Origin: Takakia lepidozioides
Lineage: Eukaryota; Plantae; Bryophyta
Direction: 5' to 3'
DNA: 64,000 bases
NCBI GenBank assembly: GCA_030704615.1
Contig: CM060734.1
Location: 19,282,001-19,346,000 of the forward strand
This document shows, in pieces, positions 1-9,476 of the stretch; positions within the stretch are counted from its first letter, which is position 1, and the number at the start of each line of letters is the position of its first letter. Position numbers and translations under genes: made by a program. A model generated the notes under the pieces. It was not told where the DNA came from, did not search any database, and saw nothing but the letters and a program-made list of their open reading frames with translations.

Positions 1-180
1 GCTGTGCCTGAGGCCTTTGAGGCTGTGACGAGCTGTGAGGGGCTGTGACAGGCTGTGCCCAGTGGCCTGTGGGACTGTGACGGCTGTGACCAGTGAGCTG
101 TGTGGGCCTGTGCTGGTCTGTGGTGGCCCGTGTTGACCTGTGGACGGCCTGTGCTGACTCGTGGAGGCACTGGTGGACTG
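1..180 (+). repeat. Degenerate ~10-bp (G)CTGTG-cored tandem repeats, probably in the retroelement 5' leader
   Basis: gctgtg/cctgtg/actgtg recurs about every 10 nt. Confidence 0.6.
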
Positions 181-874
181 CCTAAGGACTGGCATGTGGT
201 CTGGAAGGCCGAATTTTGAAGCTCGTGGAGGGCGGTTTGAGGAGTATCTTCATGATATTCCCATGGTCATGCAAGTGAGGGAAGAGAGGAGAGGAAGAGT
301 GTTGGGATGAGGGCCTGGGGTTAGGCATTGCTTTAGCTTCTCTTCCTCGTAGTTTCCCCCCTCTCATTAGGCCAAGACCTTTCCGTAGGTGGAGGCAAGA
401 GTCAGTCCGAGTTTGGGCTGGGGTGTCCTTGCAGGAGCAACACCGTGGAGTTGTTTTTGGTGTGGGGGAGTTGTCGTTCTGATTTCTTGTGTTTGGATCC
501 CCTCCATACCTGCATGCTTGACTGTGCGCCATGCTAGTTTTGTGTGGGCGCTTGTTTTTATAGGTATTGGTCCGGATTTGATCACCGGCCAGTCCTAGAG
601 CATGCTGTCGATGGTGAGGCTGGGGTGATGACCAGCCAGACCATCATTGTTTCTCTTGTGGTGAGGTTGGAGGTGATGACCAGCCAACCATAGGAGTGCT
701 TGCGGTGGATGCAGGTACAGGTGTAGGCTATGTTAGGAACTTAGTATTCCAAACCATAAGCCGCAACAGGTTCTCTACCCGGTTACCTTGTGGAGAGGGG
801 GTTAGGGACATGTTCATGCTGGGGATAGTGCCGGTTCGAGCACTAGCGATACTAGTGGGTACACGAGACGAGGT

Positions 875-2509
875 GTGCGGTTTAGGCCACCTTCACCTCC
901 TGTGTCTTCTACGGAAGGTTCTGATTCGGATTGTGAATCAGGAGGACTCATACCGGCGGTGCAAGTTGTTTCTTTGCCATTGTTGTGGGACACAATGGAG
1001 GAGATGTATGGAGCTACCAAGGGGCCACGAAGGTACTCTGGGGCGGTGGGCACCATCGAGTTGGATGATTTTATCCAAGAGTTTGATAGTTGGTGTGATT
1101 TGCAGCAAATGCGCAATCCACAACTATTTACGCCTTTCATGGCATGGAAGGGGCTGTTTCAGCACCTTGAGGGGCCGCCTATGGATGATTACCATGAGTT
1201 CAGGCGGGGGCATGAGGTTGAGATCGAGGAGTGGAGGATGTACTGGTCACCCGACTATGTCTCCATCACTAGGGGCACTAGAGCCACGAGGGCAGTGGCT
1301 ACACCTGCCGCTGCACCGGCAGCTTCAGCAAGCAGCAGTGGGACTGGTGGTACAGTAGCTACGACGTCCACCCAAGCCACTACCGCACCAGCACTAGCAC
1401 CCGTGCCTGCCTTCAACCCTGTTGTGGAGTTCTTCGAAGAGTTGAGAGGGAACTACCAAGGGGTGAGGACAGAGAAGTTGCGGAGCTTGCAAGAGTTCCA
1501 ACGGAAGCCGACCGAGAGCTTGAGGGAGGCTTTCACTCGCATGAGGCGCTTGATAAATGTAACCCAAGGGGTTACGGAAGCTCAGGCAGTCCAATTCTGG
1601 TATGTGATATTGGACAAGGAGCTGAGGAGAAGGGTGCGGGATGCAACTCTCCTACAAGCGGCCCAACCCACCTTAGCAAGTGGTGCTCCTAGCCAACCAC
1701 CACCTCAACGTGCTCAAGGCAACAAGGGGGCTCAGGTGAAGCTCAGGGAAGGGCAGAGAGGACCTCAGATGCAGGGGTCTCTCCCTTCATTTGCTGGCCA
1801 ACAACGGGCGGATGTGGTGTGCTGGACATGTGGAGGACCCCATGTCAAGAAGGATTGTCCAGAGGGAGGCAAAGGGCCGGCACATGCACAGCCTGCACAG
1901 TTACAGTGTGGGCATTGTGGCAAACACGGGCATGGAGAGGCTCAGTGTTATGGTTTGCATCCTGAGTTGCGCCCAGGCCAGTTCCAAGGGAACAATGGTG
2001 GCCGGGGGCGAGGTGGAGCAGCCCAGAGGGGACGAGGTGGCCAGCCACGAGGTGCAGGCCAAGGGCAAGCTCAACGTGGCCAAGGACGCGGAGGTCAGGG
2101 TGTTGACCAAGGCATGGCCAACCGGCTTCAGCAGCTAGAGCAGAGGCTCGCTGCCATGGCTACAGCTCAGGTGGTACCGGCTCTAAGGCCGGATGGTCCA
2201 CCTCCTGCTCCTGAGGGAGGAGATATGGGAGGCATGGGATTCATGTGTGGAGCAGCACTACCACTAGTGCAGGTGGAGTCTGCTGCAGCCGTGACTCGAG
2301 GAGCAGCACGAGTTCCTGAGCCACGAGGTGCAGAGGTGGAGTTGGATCCACAGCGTGGGGAGGCAAGCCGTCAGGCTAGGCTTCCTCAGTCATTCACATT
2401 GGCGGAGACAGTGTCGACGCCATCCATGGCACCTAGTTCTCGCCCGACTGTTACCGAGGCGGAGGTTACTATGCCATTGGGGAGCTACACGGGTAGCACC
2501 ACTACCTAG
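875..2509 (+). CDS. gag: Gag with two zinc knuckles and a G/Q/R-rich tail (true start uncertain)
   Basis: ORF 875..2509 contains CWTCGGPHVKKDC and CGHCGKHGHGEAQC, plus capsid-like LQEFQRKPTESLREAFTRM. The reading frame continues in another frame after a G-run near 2480. Confidence 0.85.
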   Translation: MRFRPPSPPVSSTEGSDSDCESGGLIPAVQVVSLPLLWDTMEEMYGATKGPRRYSGAVGTIELDDFIQEFDSWCDLQQMRNPQLFTPFMAWKGLFQHLEGPPMDDYHEFRRGHEVEIEEWRMYWSPDYVSITRGTRATRAVATPAAAPAASASSSGTGGTVATTSTQATTAPALAPVPAFNPVVEFFEELRGNYQGVRTEKLRSLQEFQRKPTESLREAFTRMRRLINVTQGVTEAQAVQFWYVILDKELRRRVRDATLLQAAQPTLASGAPSQPPPQRAQGNKGAQVKLREGQRGPQMQGSLPSFAGQQRADVVCWTCGGPHVKKDCPEGGKGPAHAQPAQLQCGHCGKHGHGEAQCYGLHPELRPGQFQGNNGGRGRGGAAQRGRGGQPRGAGQGQAQRGQGRGGQGVDQGMANRLQQLEQRLAAMATAQVVPALRPDGPPPAPEGGDMGGMGFMCGAALPLVQVESAAAVTRGAARVPEPRGAEVELDPQRGEASRQARLPQSFTLAETVSTPSMAPSSRPTVTEAEVTMPLGSYTGSTTT

Positions 2510-2896
2510 TGTTGTCAAGGCTACGGCAGCTAGTGTGCTGCTAGGAGCGGCCACATCTGTGTGCCAGGCTCCATTGTTCTCGGCTACCATGATTGCGACG
2601 CCGGGGGTAAGACCAGCTGAGGTGTTCAGGCTGGCAGCTACACTCTGTGAGAGTGGGGAGGTTACTTCATCTTCTGCGGAGATAGTAGGAGGTGTAGTGC
2701 CGGAGGGATCCTCGGATTTGAGGGTTAAGACTGCCACGGCGGCGCCATGGCAAGCTGCAGCTGCCAGGTTGATGGAGCTGCCAGCTAGGCCAGCCATTGA
2801 GCGCGCCATGGTGACACCTGGAGTTGTCATGTTAGACAACCAGGATGGCATTTTCTGTTTGAGTGGACCGGCAGGCAAGAGGTACCGGCCACTGCG

Positions 2897-3260
2897 ATCT
2901 TGTTGGACTCGGGAGCTCAGCCACTGATGCTGGGCAGAGCTGCTATTGCAGGCTTGGGCCTCACGGAGGCGGATATGGAGCCTTGTCCTTTCCAGATACA
3001 GACGTCTCTGGGAGGATCGGAGCAGGCTCGGGGCATGACACGGCATGAGTTGGCTATCAGACTACGGCCGGATCACCCTACAGATGGCTCAGTGATGCGA
3101 GCCAAGGCCATTGTGACAGACGCAGTCTCATACGATGTCCTGGTTGGTGGGGCAGTGTTGTACCCCATGGGCTTCACCCTGGATTTTTGGGAGGAGTCAG
3201 CTTCCTATAGGCCTGCATGGCAGTCAGGGGAGGGCCGGCGTGTGCAGCTCCCTGTGACGT
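2897..3260 (+). pseudogene. Retropepsin aspartic protease domain of Pol
   Basis: (I)LLDSGAQ catalytic motif near 2900 and YDVLVG (retropepsin ILG-type motif); frameshift just upstream. Confidence 0.8.
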
Positions 3261-3619
3261 TCATAGGAGGAGTTGCGGTTGCCCAGCGAGGCAAGATGCC
3301 GACACTAGCAGCATTCACAGCGGCAGTGAATTGGCCTAGAGAGTTGCTTGAGGGCAATGCTCATTCAGAGGATGTACCACCTCCGGGAGAGCAGGATGAC
3401 ATGTATGGTATGGCGGAGTTGCCTACCATGGTTGCTCAGACTCCATTGTGGGGCACGAGCAAGGATTTGCAGCGGGATGCTGATCGACGGGTGCAACAAG
3501 CCTGGGTGGAGGCTTTTGTACCGTCAGGAGAGGAGGAGAGTGTGGGGATTGCACCAGGACCACCTCAATTGTCTCCATTGGACACCACACCTATTGTGTG
3601 GCAGTCTCCGGATGAAGGC

Positions 3620-4563
3620 ATTTGTCTTCTGGACTTGTTTGGTGGGATCAGCACCGGATTGGCTGCTGTGTTACAGGCAGGTGTACGAGTTCGGTGTTAC
3701 CTGTATGTGGAGAGGGATGAGACTGCACGACGCGTTTCACTTCGCCATGTTGCTCAGTTGGTGCAGCGGTACCCTGAGTTGTTGTCGGTGTCTGCAATTC
3801 GTGGATATCAGCAGGCCTTGCCAGCAGACATTTCGTTGCTGGGGGCGCAGGATTTGGAGCGGGTTTGGCTCCATTGATCTGGTAGTGGCAGGTTGGCCCT
3901 GCCAAGGGCATTCATCAGCCGGGCATGGCAATGGATTGCGAGACTCGAGGTCGGGTCTGTTTTGGGAGATGGTGCAGGGTTTTGCGCCACTTGCAGCTTC
4001 ATCAAGCTGTATCTCCAGCATACATCTTGGAGAATGTGCCACTGATGGGCAATTCTCGGGCCAGGGTGATGGCCAGTGTGCATCAAGTCCGGTCGTGGCT
4101 TGGGTCAGCAGTGTTGCTGGATGCAGCTACAGTGGGGTCACGGGCTCATCGTCCACGGCTATGGTGGACTAACATGATGCCACCCGCACTGCTCAAGCGT
4201 GCATTTGATGGGGTGCAGCGGCCAGCACATCTCACAGTGGATAACATTCTGGACACAGGGAGGCAGTCTCAACGTGTGAGACACGATGACCGTTCGCCTT
4301 TGGCAGTGGTCAACAAGGTGGGTCAACCACGAGCAGCATTACCTACACTGCTCAGCTTCCCAGGATCGCATGCTTTCCGGGATAGTGGACCTGGCCTCCT
4401 GTGGGATGCTCAGTTGCAGCAGTTAGTGGAGCCTAATGCTGACGAGCGTGAGCGGGCAATGGGTTTTACCACTGGTACCACGGCGGTGTCGTCTCTTTCT
4501 GAGGCATCACGTCGTCAAGTGTTGGGGCAAGCAATGGATCTCAATTGCTTGACCTGGATTATC
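3620..4563 (+). pseudogene. DNMT3-like C5 cytosine DNA methyltransferase domain within Pol (two +1 frameshifts)
   Basis: Motif I LLDLFGGISTG, II YVERD, IV DLVVAGWPCQ (PCQ 3897-3905), VI ILENV (ENV 4030-4038), VIII AHRPRLWWTN, IX ERAMGF, X RRQVLGQAM, spread in order over ORFs 2900..3877, 3348..4172 and 3925..4869. Confidence 0.92.
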
Positions 4564-5028
4564 AGCTTGGCTCTAGCTGAGCAACGCAGAGTGCGGAATA
4601 CACTTCCCTCAATGGTCTCTCTGCCTACCGAGACGGTACAGGCAGTGAGTGGGGGCGAGCATATGAGGACCACGGGGTGCATGCATCCATGGCACACGTG
4701 GGAGGTGCTCGAGGTTCAGAGGGAGTTGGCAGCCAAGGCGGCTGTGATGGATGAGGTTGGGGATTCTTCTCGAGTTGAGGAGGTCCTCAAGGATGAGATG
4801 ATGGGGCAGGATGATGCCTTGTCATTGACTGAGCAGGTAGGGAGTACTGCTCAAGAGGTTGCAGCATAGCAACCACGGGACGCGTCCTCTACCTCTAAGC
4901 CCACTGGACTTAAGGTTGTAGTTACGGAGGACAATTGGGAGCCTGACATTGGACCCATTGTCACCGGAGGAGAGAGACGACGTATACGGCGGTTCCTGAG
5001 GGCTTACAGGAATTGCTTTGCCTTCAGT

Positions 5029-5816
5029 TTGAAGGACTTGGGAGCACTGAAGGGTCAAGAGATCCGTATTGAGTTGGCCACTGACACGCCAATCTTTCGG
5101 AGACCCTATAGATACAGTGACATGGAGAGGTCTTTGATTCAGATGAGGACTCAAGATCTCTGGGAGGCAGGTTTGGTGGAGCTCTCTGGTGGAGAGTATG
5201 CTTCAGCCACAGTGATGCCAGCCAAGAAGGATGTCTATGGCAATTGGACGGAGAGACGTATGTGCGGTGATTACCGGCCTGTAAATCGTCAGACCAAGTC
5301 CGATAAGTATGCCATGCCAACACCAGAGGAGATCTTTGATGCCATCGGGCATGCTAAGGCCTTTAGCACTTTGGATTTACGATCCGGATATCACCAGTTG
5401 CCAATCAAGGAGGCGGACAAGCAGAAGACGGCATTCTGGGGGATCAATGAGCACGGCAAGGATTGCCTATATCAGTGGCGGTTCTTACCATTTGGGCTTA
5501 AGAATGCTCCTGCAGAGTTTCAGAGAGTCATGGATAGGATTCTAGCAGGGGTGGACTTTGCTCGGTGCTACATAGATGACATCATCATCTTTAGTGTTAC
5601 GATGGAGGAGCATGAGAGACACCTTCAGGTGGTATTGGAGCGCTTGAGAGCGCACGGATTGAAGTTGCATCCGGGAAGTGCAGTTTTCCACAACCAGATT
5701 GAGTATCTGGGTCACATGATATATCCTGGAGGATTGGGGGTACAGCAGACTAAGGTAGAGGCCATTGCACAAATTCCACGCCCCACGGATGTGAGCCGAG
5801 TTCGAGCTTTCATGGG
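5029..5816 (+). pseudogene. Reverse transcriptase domain
   Basis: RMCGDYRPVN, DLRSGYHQ, KTAF, LPFGLKNAPAEFQ, YIDDII, YLGH; frameshift near 5816 into the RNaseH frame. Confidence 0.97.
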
Positions 5817-7997
5817 TTGGCAAACTATTATAGACGGTTTGTCAAGGGATTTAGTACCATTGCAAAGGCTCTAACCAAGCTGACCAAGGTGGACCAGGAG
5901 TGGCAGTGGGAAGATGAGCAGGAACGAGCTTTTCAAGAGCTCAAGGCGAGGTTGACCTCGGCGCCTATCTTGAGACGACCTATCAGGGGGCGTCCCTTTC
6001 AGCTGCATACGGATTGGAGCATGCTGGGGCTTGGAGCGGTGCTCACACAGGTGGATGATGAGGGAAGAGAGTTCGTAGTGGCTTACGCTAGCCGCTCGAA
6101 CAACGCTGCAGAGGCTAAGTACAGCTCATATGAGGGAGAGTGCTTAGCTGCAGTGTGGGCCGTGGCACACTTCAGGTGCTATCTATACGGCAATCTTTTC
6201 ACCCTTGTCACGGATCACCAGCCACTCAAGTGGTTGATGGAGTCAGACAAGCTTACAGGGAAGCTTGCACGGTGGGCACTTATACTCCAGGAGTATGACT
6301 TTCAGGTTGTGCATCGACCGGGTTTGGTCAATCGGGATGCGGATGGATTGAGTCGCAATCCATGCATGAGCCAGCAGGATGACACTGGAGCTCGGTGGCA
6401 TGGTGAGACGGACGAGGAGATGGTGCCGGGATGGCACGCATCTGCATTTTTGTGTATCTTGGCATCGGGAGGTCAGATTGGACCTACAACAGGGATGACT
6501 GTAGACGGAGTGTCTGAGGACCCTGAGGCTAGTGATGAGCTAGGTGGTGCCAGAGATATACATGAGGATTCGGCTGTGTTGGACTACCTCCGCACGGGAG
6601 ACACGGCAGCCATTGTGACTGCCAGGGAGAGGGATCGGATCCTGCAACGAGCCAAGAGGTTCAAGTGGGAGGGGATACACCTACTTCGAGTGTGGGAGGA
6701 TGGTTGGGTGAGGATTGTGCCTCACCCCACACAGCGTGCACGGTTAGTGCGGCATGCCCATGAGGAGTTGGGGCATTTTGGAGTGCGACGCACTCACAGT
6801 TTACTGCAGGGGCAGTATTGGTGGCGTGGTATGCATACAGAGGTGCAACAGTTTGTGGCTAGGTGCATGGTGTGTGACAGGGTGCGTGCTTCATTCAACG
6901 CCCCTACACCACAGTTGCATCCTTTACCTATCATGGGATTGGGCTACAGGTGGAGTCTTGACTTCGCAGGACCGTTGCCACTGACTATGCGCCACCACAG
7001 ATATGTGTTGGTGATGGTGGAGCACTTCTCCAAGTGGATTGAGTTGGTTCCATTGCCTGACAAGGCTAGTGAGGGGGCTGCGTATGCATTCTTGGATCGT
7101 GTGCTTAGCCGATTTGGTGCTCCAGCTGAGGTACTCACGGACCAAGGGAGAGAGTTCTTGGGGTTTCAGGCTTTGTGTGATAAAGCCTTGATAGACCACC
7201 GCACCACTTCTCGGGATCATCCTGAGGCCGATGGCTTAGCAGAGAGAATTGTTCAGATGGTGAAGAGGGGTTTGCGCAAGTATGGCTTGCAGAAGGGACA
7301 CCTAGGAGATTGGGATCTTCAGGTTCCTTGGTTAGCCATGGGCTACAGGTTCAGCAAACAAGCATCACTTGCCTCCTTCTCACCATATTTCCTTCTCTTT
7401 GGCCGAGAGCCGGATTTGCCTGCAGCCATTCGTAGGGACACTGCTCAAGTCCTTAACCTTGACGATCCGGACGTGTGGGTACGTGCATGTGATCAGCGTG
7501 CAGAGTTGTTCAAGAAAGTCATGCCCATGGCTTTTGAGAACCTTGCCATTGCACAGCACCGTGATACGTTGAGGTATGCCACTATACGTGGTGGAGGATA
7601 TCGTCCTGGGGTTCGGAGGTTTAGCCCTGGTGACTATGTTTATTTGCAGCAGACTGCTCCTACGACTCTGGATGTTACTGCAGGGCGTGTTATTCTGAGG
7701 GTTCGAGAGGTGTTGCCCTCAGGGGTCCTGATCTTAGAGGGTCGGGATGGCATGACTTGGAAAGACCATGTGCGTAATTGTGCGCCATGTCACCTTCCCA
7801 ATGTCGATGGCAGAGTTGACCCAAACTTGGCAGTGGTACCTGCAGGTTTGAGGTGCATGCTCTGTGGGTCTGCCAAAGGGGCAGCCACCATGCTGGTGTG
7901 TGATCGGTGCTCAAGGGGTTGGCATATGGGATGCTTGACACCACCTCTTGAGAAGGTGCCTGACGGAGATTGGTTGTGTCCACACTGCTTGGGATAG
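5817..7997 (+). CDS. RNase H - integrase - C-terminal PHD finger
   Basis: LHTDWS..GLGAVL, YASR, EGECLA, TDHQPL (RNaseH); HEELGH..CMVC zinc motif; D(SLDFAG), D(TDQG), E(GLAER); PHD CMLC..CDRC..WHMGC..WLCPHC at 7854-7997. Confidence 0.95.
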   Translation: MANYYRRFVKGFSTIAKALTKLTKVDQEWQWEDEQERAFQELKARLTSAPILRRPIRGRPFQLHTDWSMLGLGAVLTQVDDEGREFVVAYASRSNNAAEAKYSSYEGECLAAVWAVAHFRCYLYGNLFTLVTDHQPLKWLMESDKLTGKLARWALILQEYDFQVVHRPGLVNRDADGLSRNPCMSQQDDTGARWHGETDEEMVPGWHASAFLCILASGGQIGPTTGMTVDGVSEDPEASDELGGARDIHEDSAVLDYLRTGDTAAIVTARERDRILQRAKRFKWEGIHLLRVWEDGWVRIVPHPTQRARLVRHAHEELGHFGVRRTHSLLQGQYWWRGMHTEVQQFVARCMVCDRVRASFNAPTPQLHPLPIMGLGYRWSLDFAGPLPLTMRHHRYVLVMVEHFSKWIELVPLPDKASEGAAYAFLDRVLSRFGAPAEVLTDQGREFLGFQALCDKALIDHRTTSRDHPEADGLAERIVQMVKRGLRKYGLQKGHLGDWDLQVPWLAMGYRFSKQASLASFSPYFLLFGREPDLPAAIRRDTAQVLNLDDPDVWVRACDQRAELFKKVMPMAFENLAIAQHRDTLRYATIRGGGYRPGVRRFSPGDYVYLQQTAPTTLDVTAGRVILRVREVLPSGVLILEGRDGMTWKDHVRNCAPCHLPNVDGRVDPNLAVVPAGLRCMLCGSAKGAATMLVCDRCSRGWHMGCLTPPLEKVPDGDWLCPHCLG

Positions 7998-8246
7998 TGG
8001 CAGTGGACATGACTGGAGGCAGCTAACAAGACATGGGAGGCCAAGCTCATAGGAGTCAATACATGAGATCCCAAGCTCAAGTTCACAGGTTGCAAGACGG
8101 CGACTAACGATGGGGCAACTCTTGCACCCGGCCTCTTGATCTATCGAGTTTGAGTGTAGTAGGGATAGTGGTGGAGGACTTAGTGAGGCTATGGTCACTA
8201 TCACATCTTGTGGCTACCTGGACTTAGAGGGACCTAAGCACCAGCT

Positions 8247-8257
8247 AGGGGGGCGAT
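8247..8257 (+). promoter_or_regulatory. Polypurine tract
   Basis: AGGGGGGCGAT immediately before TG at 8258. Confidence 0.75.
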
Positions 8258-8963
8258 TGTGTGGACTAGCGACTGCCATAGTGGGCAGCGTAGTGGCAGC
8301 CTAGTGACTGACTAGTTGTAGTCTAGTGGTTGGACTAGTGGTTGGACTAGTGGTAGACTAGTGGTATACTAGTGTGTGGTGTGCACATGTGTTGTGTGGT
8401 TTTGGACAGCGATGTAGTTGTGTAGCGATATGTATGCGCACGACAGCTGTCAAGTTATTTTACCACTAGTGTGAAACTAGCTAGGAAATAGCTAGCTTTT
8501 ACATATTGACATTTGGGATTGGCCCAAGTGTCAATCCAGGGGTCAAGGCAGATTTAGGCCCTGGAGTGGTTATCTTCACGGCAAGCGCGGGAGGCTCATC
8601 TTTCTCGAGTTGAGCCTCACCGCGCCTAGCTATGGCGCCGTAGTGTGGATTCCCCATGGCGTGGGGTGCACTTGGCTTGACTTGTATTTGAGTGATGAGG
8701 TTATATATGCATGAGTTTATGCTTCAGCTTTGTGAGCTCGCATGAGCTGAAGCTTGTATTCTTCTTCTTTATCATTGTGTGGACTAGCGACTGCCATAGT
8801 GGGCAGCGTAGTGGCAGCCTAGTGACTGACTAGTTGTAGCCTAGTGGTTGGACTAGTGGCTGGACTAGTGGTAGACTAGTGGTATACTAGTGTGTGGTGT
8901 GCACATGTGTTGTGTGGTTTTGGACAGCGATGTAGTTGTGTAGCGATATGTATGCGCACGACA
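8258..8963 (+). repeat. 3' LTR region with A-B-A structure (188-bp direct repeats 8258-8445 and 8776-8963)
   Basis: The two 188-bp copies differ at 2 C/T positions by eye; both start TG and end CA; internal 11-12-bp CTAGTGGT repeats; 8448-8963 is bounded by TGTC...GACA. Confidence 0.85.
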
Positions 8964-9476
8964 TCATGGTTTGTGTTGAGGGTTTGGTTTTGTCTGCTGT
9001 TGGTTTTGTGTTTTCTGGTTTTGGGTTTTTGGCGGGTTGCAAATGACGGATTAGGGTTTCAGCAAGCTTTTATAATCCTAATTTTAATTGTCATCCAGTT
9101 TTGCCAAATATTCACCGGCTTTTTTGCCAACCCAAATCCACCGTAGCCTACTCTACTCGTAGGTCACCGTAGACCTTTTCGATGACAGTATTCATAGAGC
9201 CACATTAAACTTCATGAGAAGTACAGAGTGGAGGTACCTGTGAATGTGTGCACCAGAGGCAGAAAAAGGGATGCCATGACCCCAGGAAAAACATTGAGAA
9301 TATCCGACCTCAGTGCTGTAAGAGGAGTTATGATGTTTCATAGTTTATAACGAAATTGGGTAACGAAAGTTAATGACGAATGGGATTGCCGGTGAACGAA
9401 CCTCCACTTATAAAGCGAGGTTCACCCCTTCCTTATAGCACGTTGTTTCCTCCTGTGATTTCCATGTGATGGCAGT

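Larger units (their letters stand above)
1..8963 (+). mobile_element. Ty3/Gypsy LTR retrotransposon carrying a DNMT3-like methyltransferase and a PHD finger (5' LTR outside window; disrupted copy)
   Basis: Gag zinc knuckles, protease LDSGA, RT YIDD, RNaseH and DDE integrase in Gypsy order PR-RT-RH-INT; PPT at 8247-8257; terminal repeat ending ...GCACGACA at 8963. Confidence 0.95.

Noticed and set aside
2470-2900. Programmed gag-pol ribosomal frameshift
   Set aside because: No clear slippery heptamer, and similar indels occur throughout Pol, which fits decay or sequencing error better.
3620-4563. Host DNMT3/DRM gene interrupted by a transposon, or a bacterial contaminant MTase
   Set aside because: The domain is intronless, in frame with both protease and RT, and has the non-permuted motif order (DRM is permuted). 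The flanking window is clearly plant nuclear DNA.
8258-8963. DIRS/Ngaro-type split direct repeats
   Set aside because: The element has a DDE integrase, protease and PPT, and no tyrosine recombinase.
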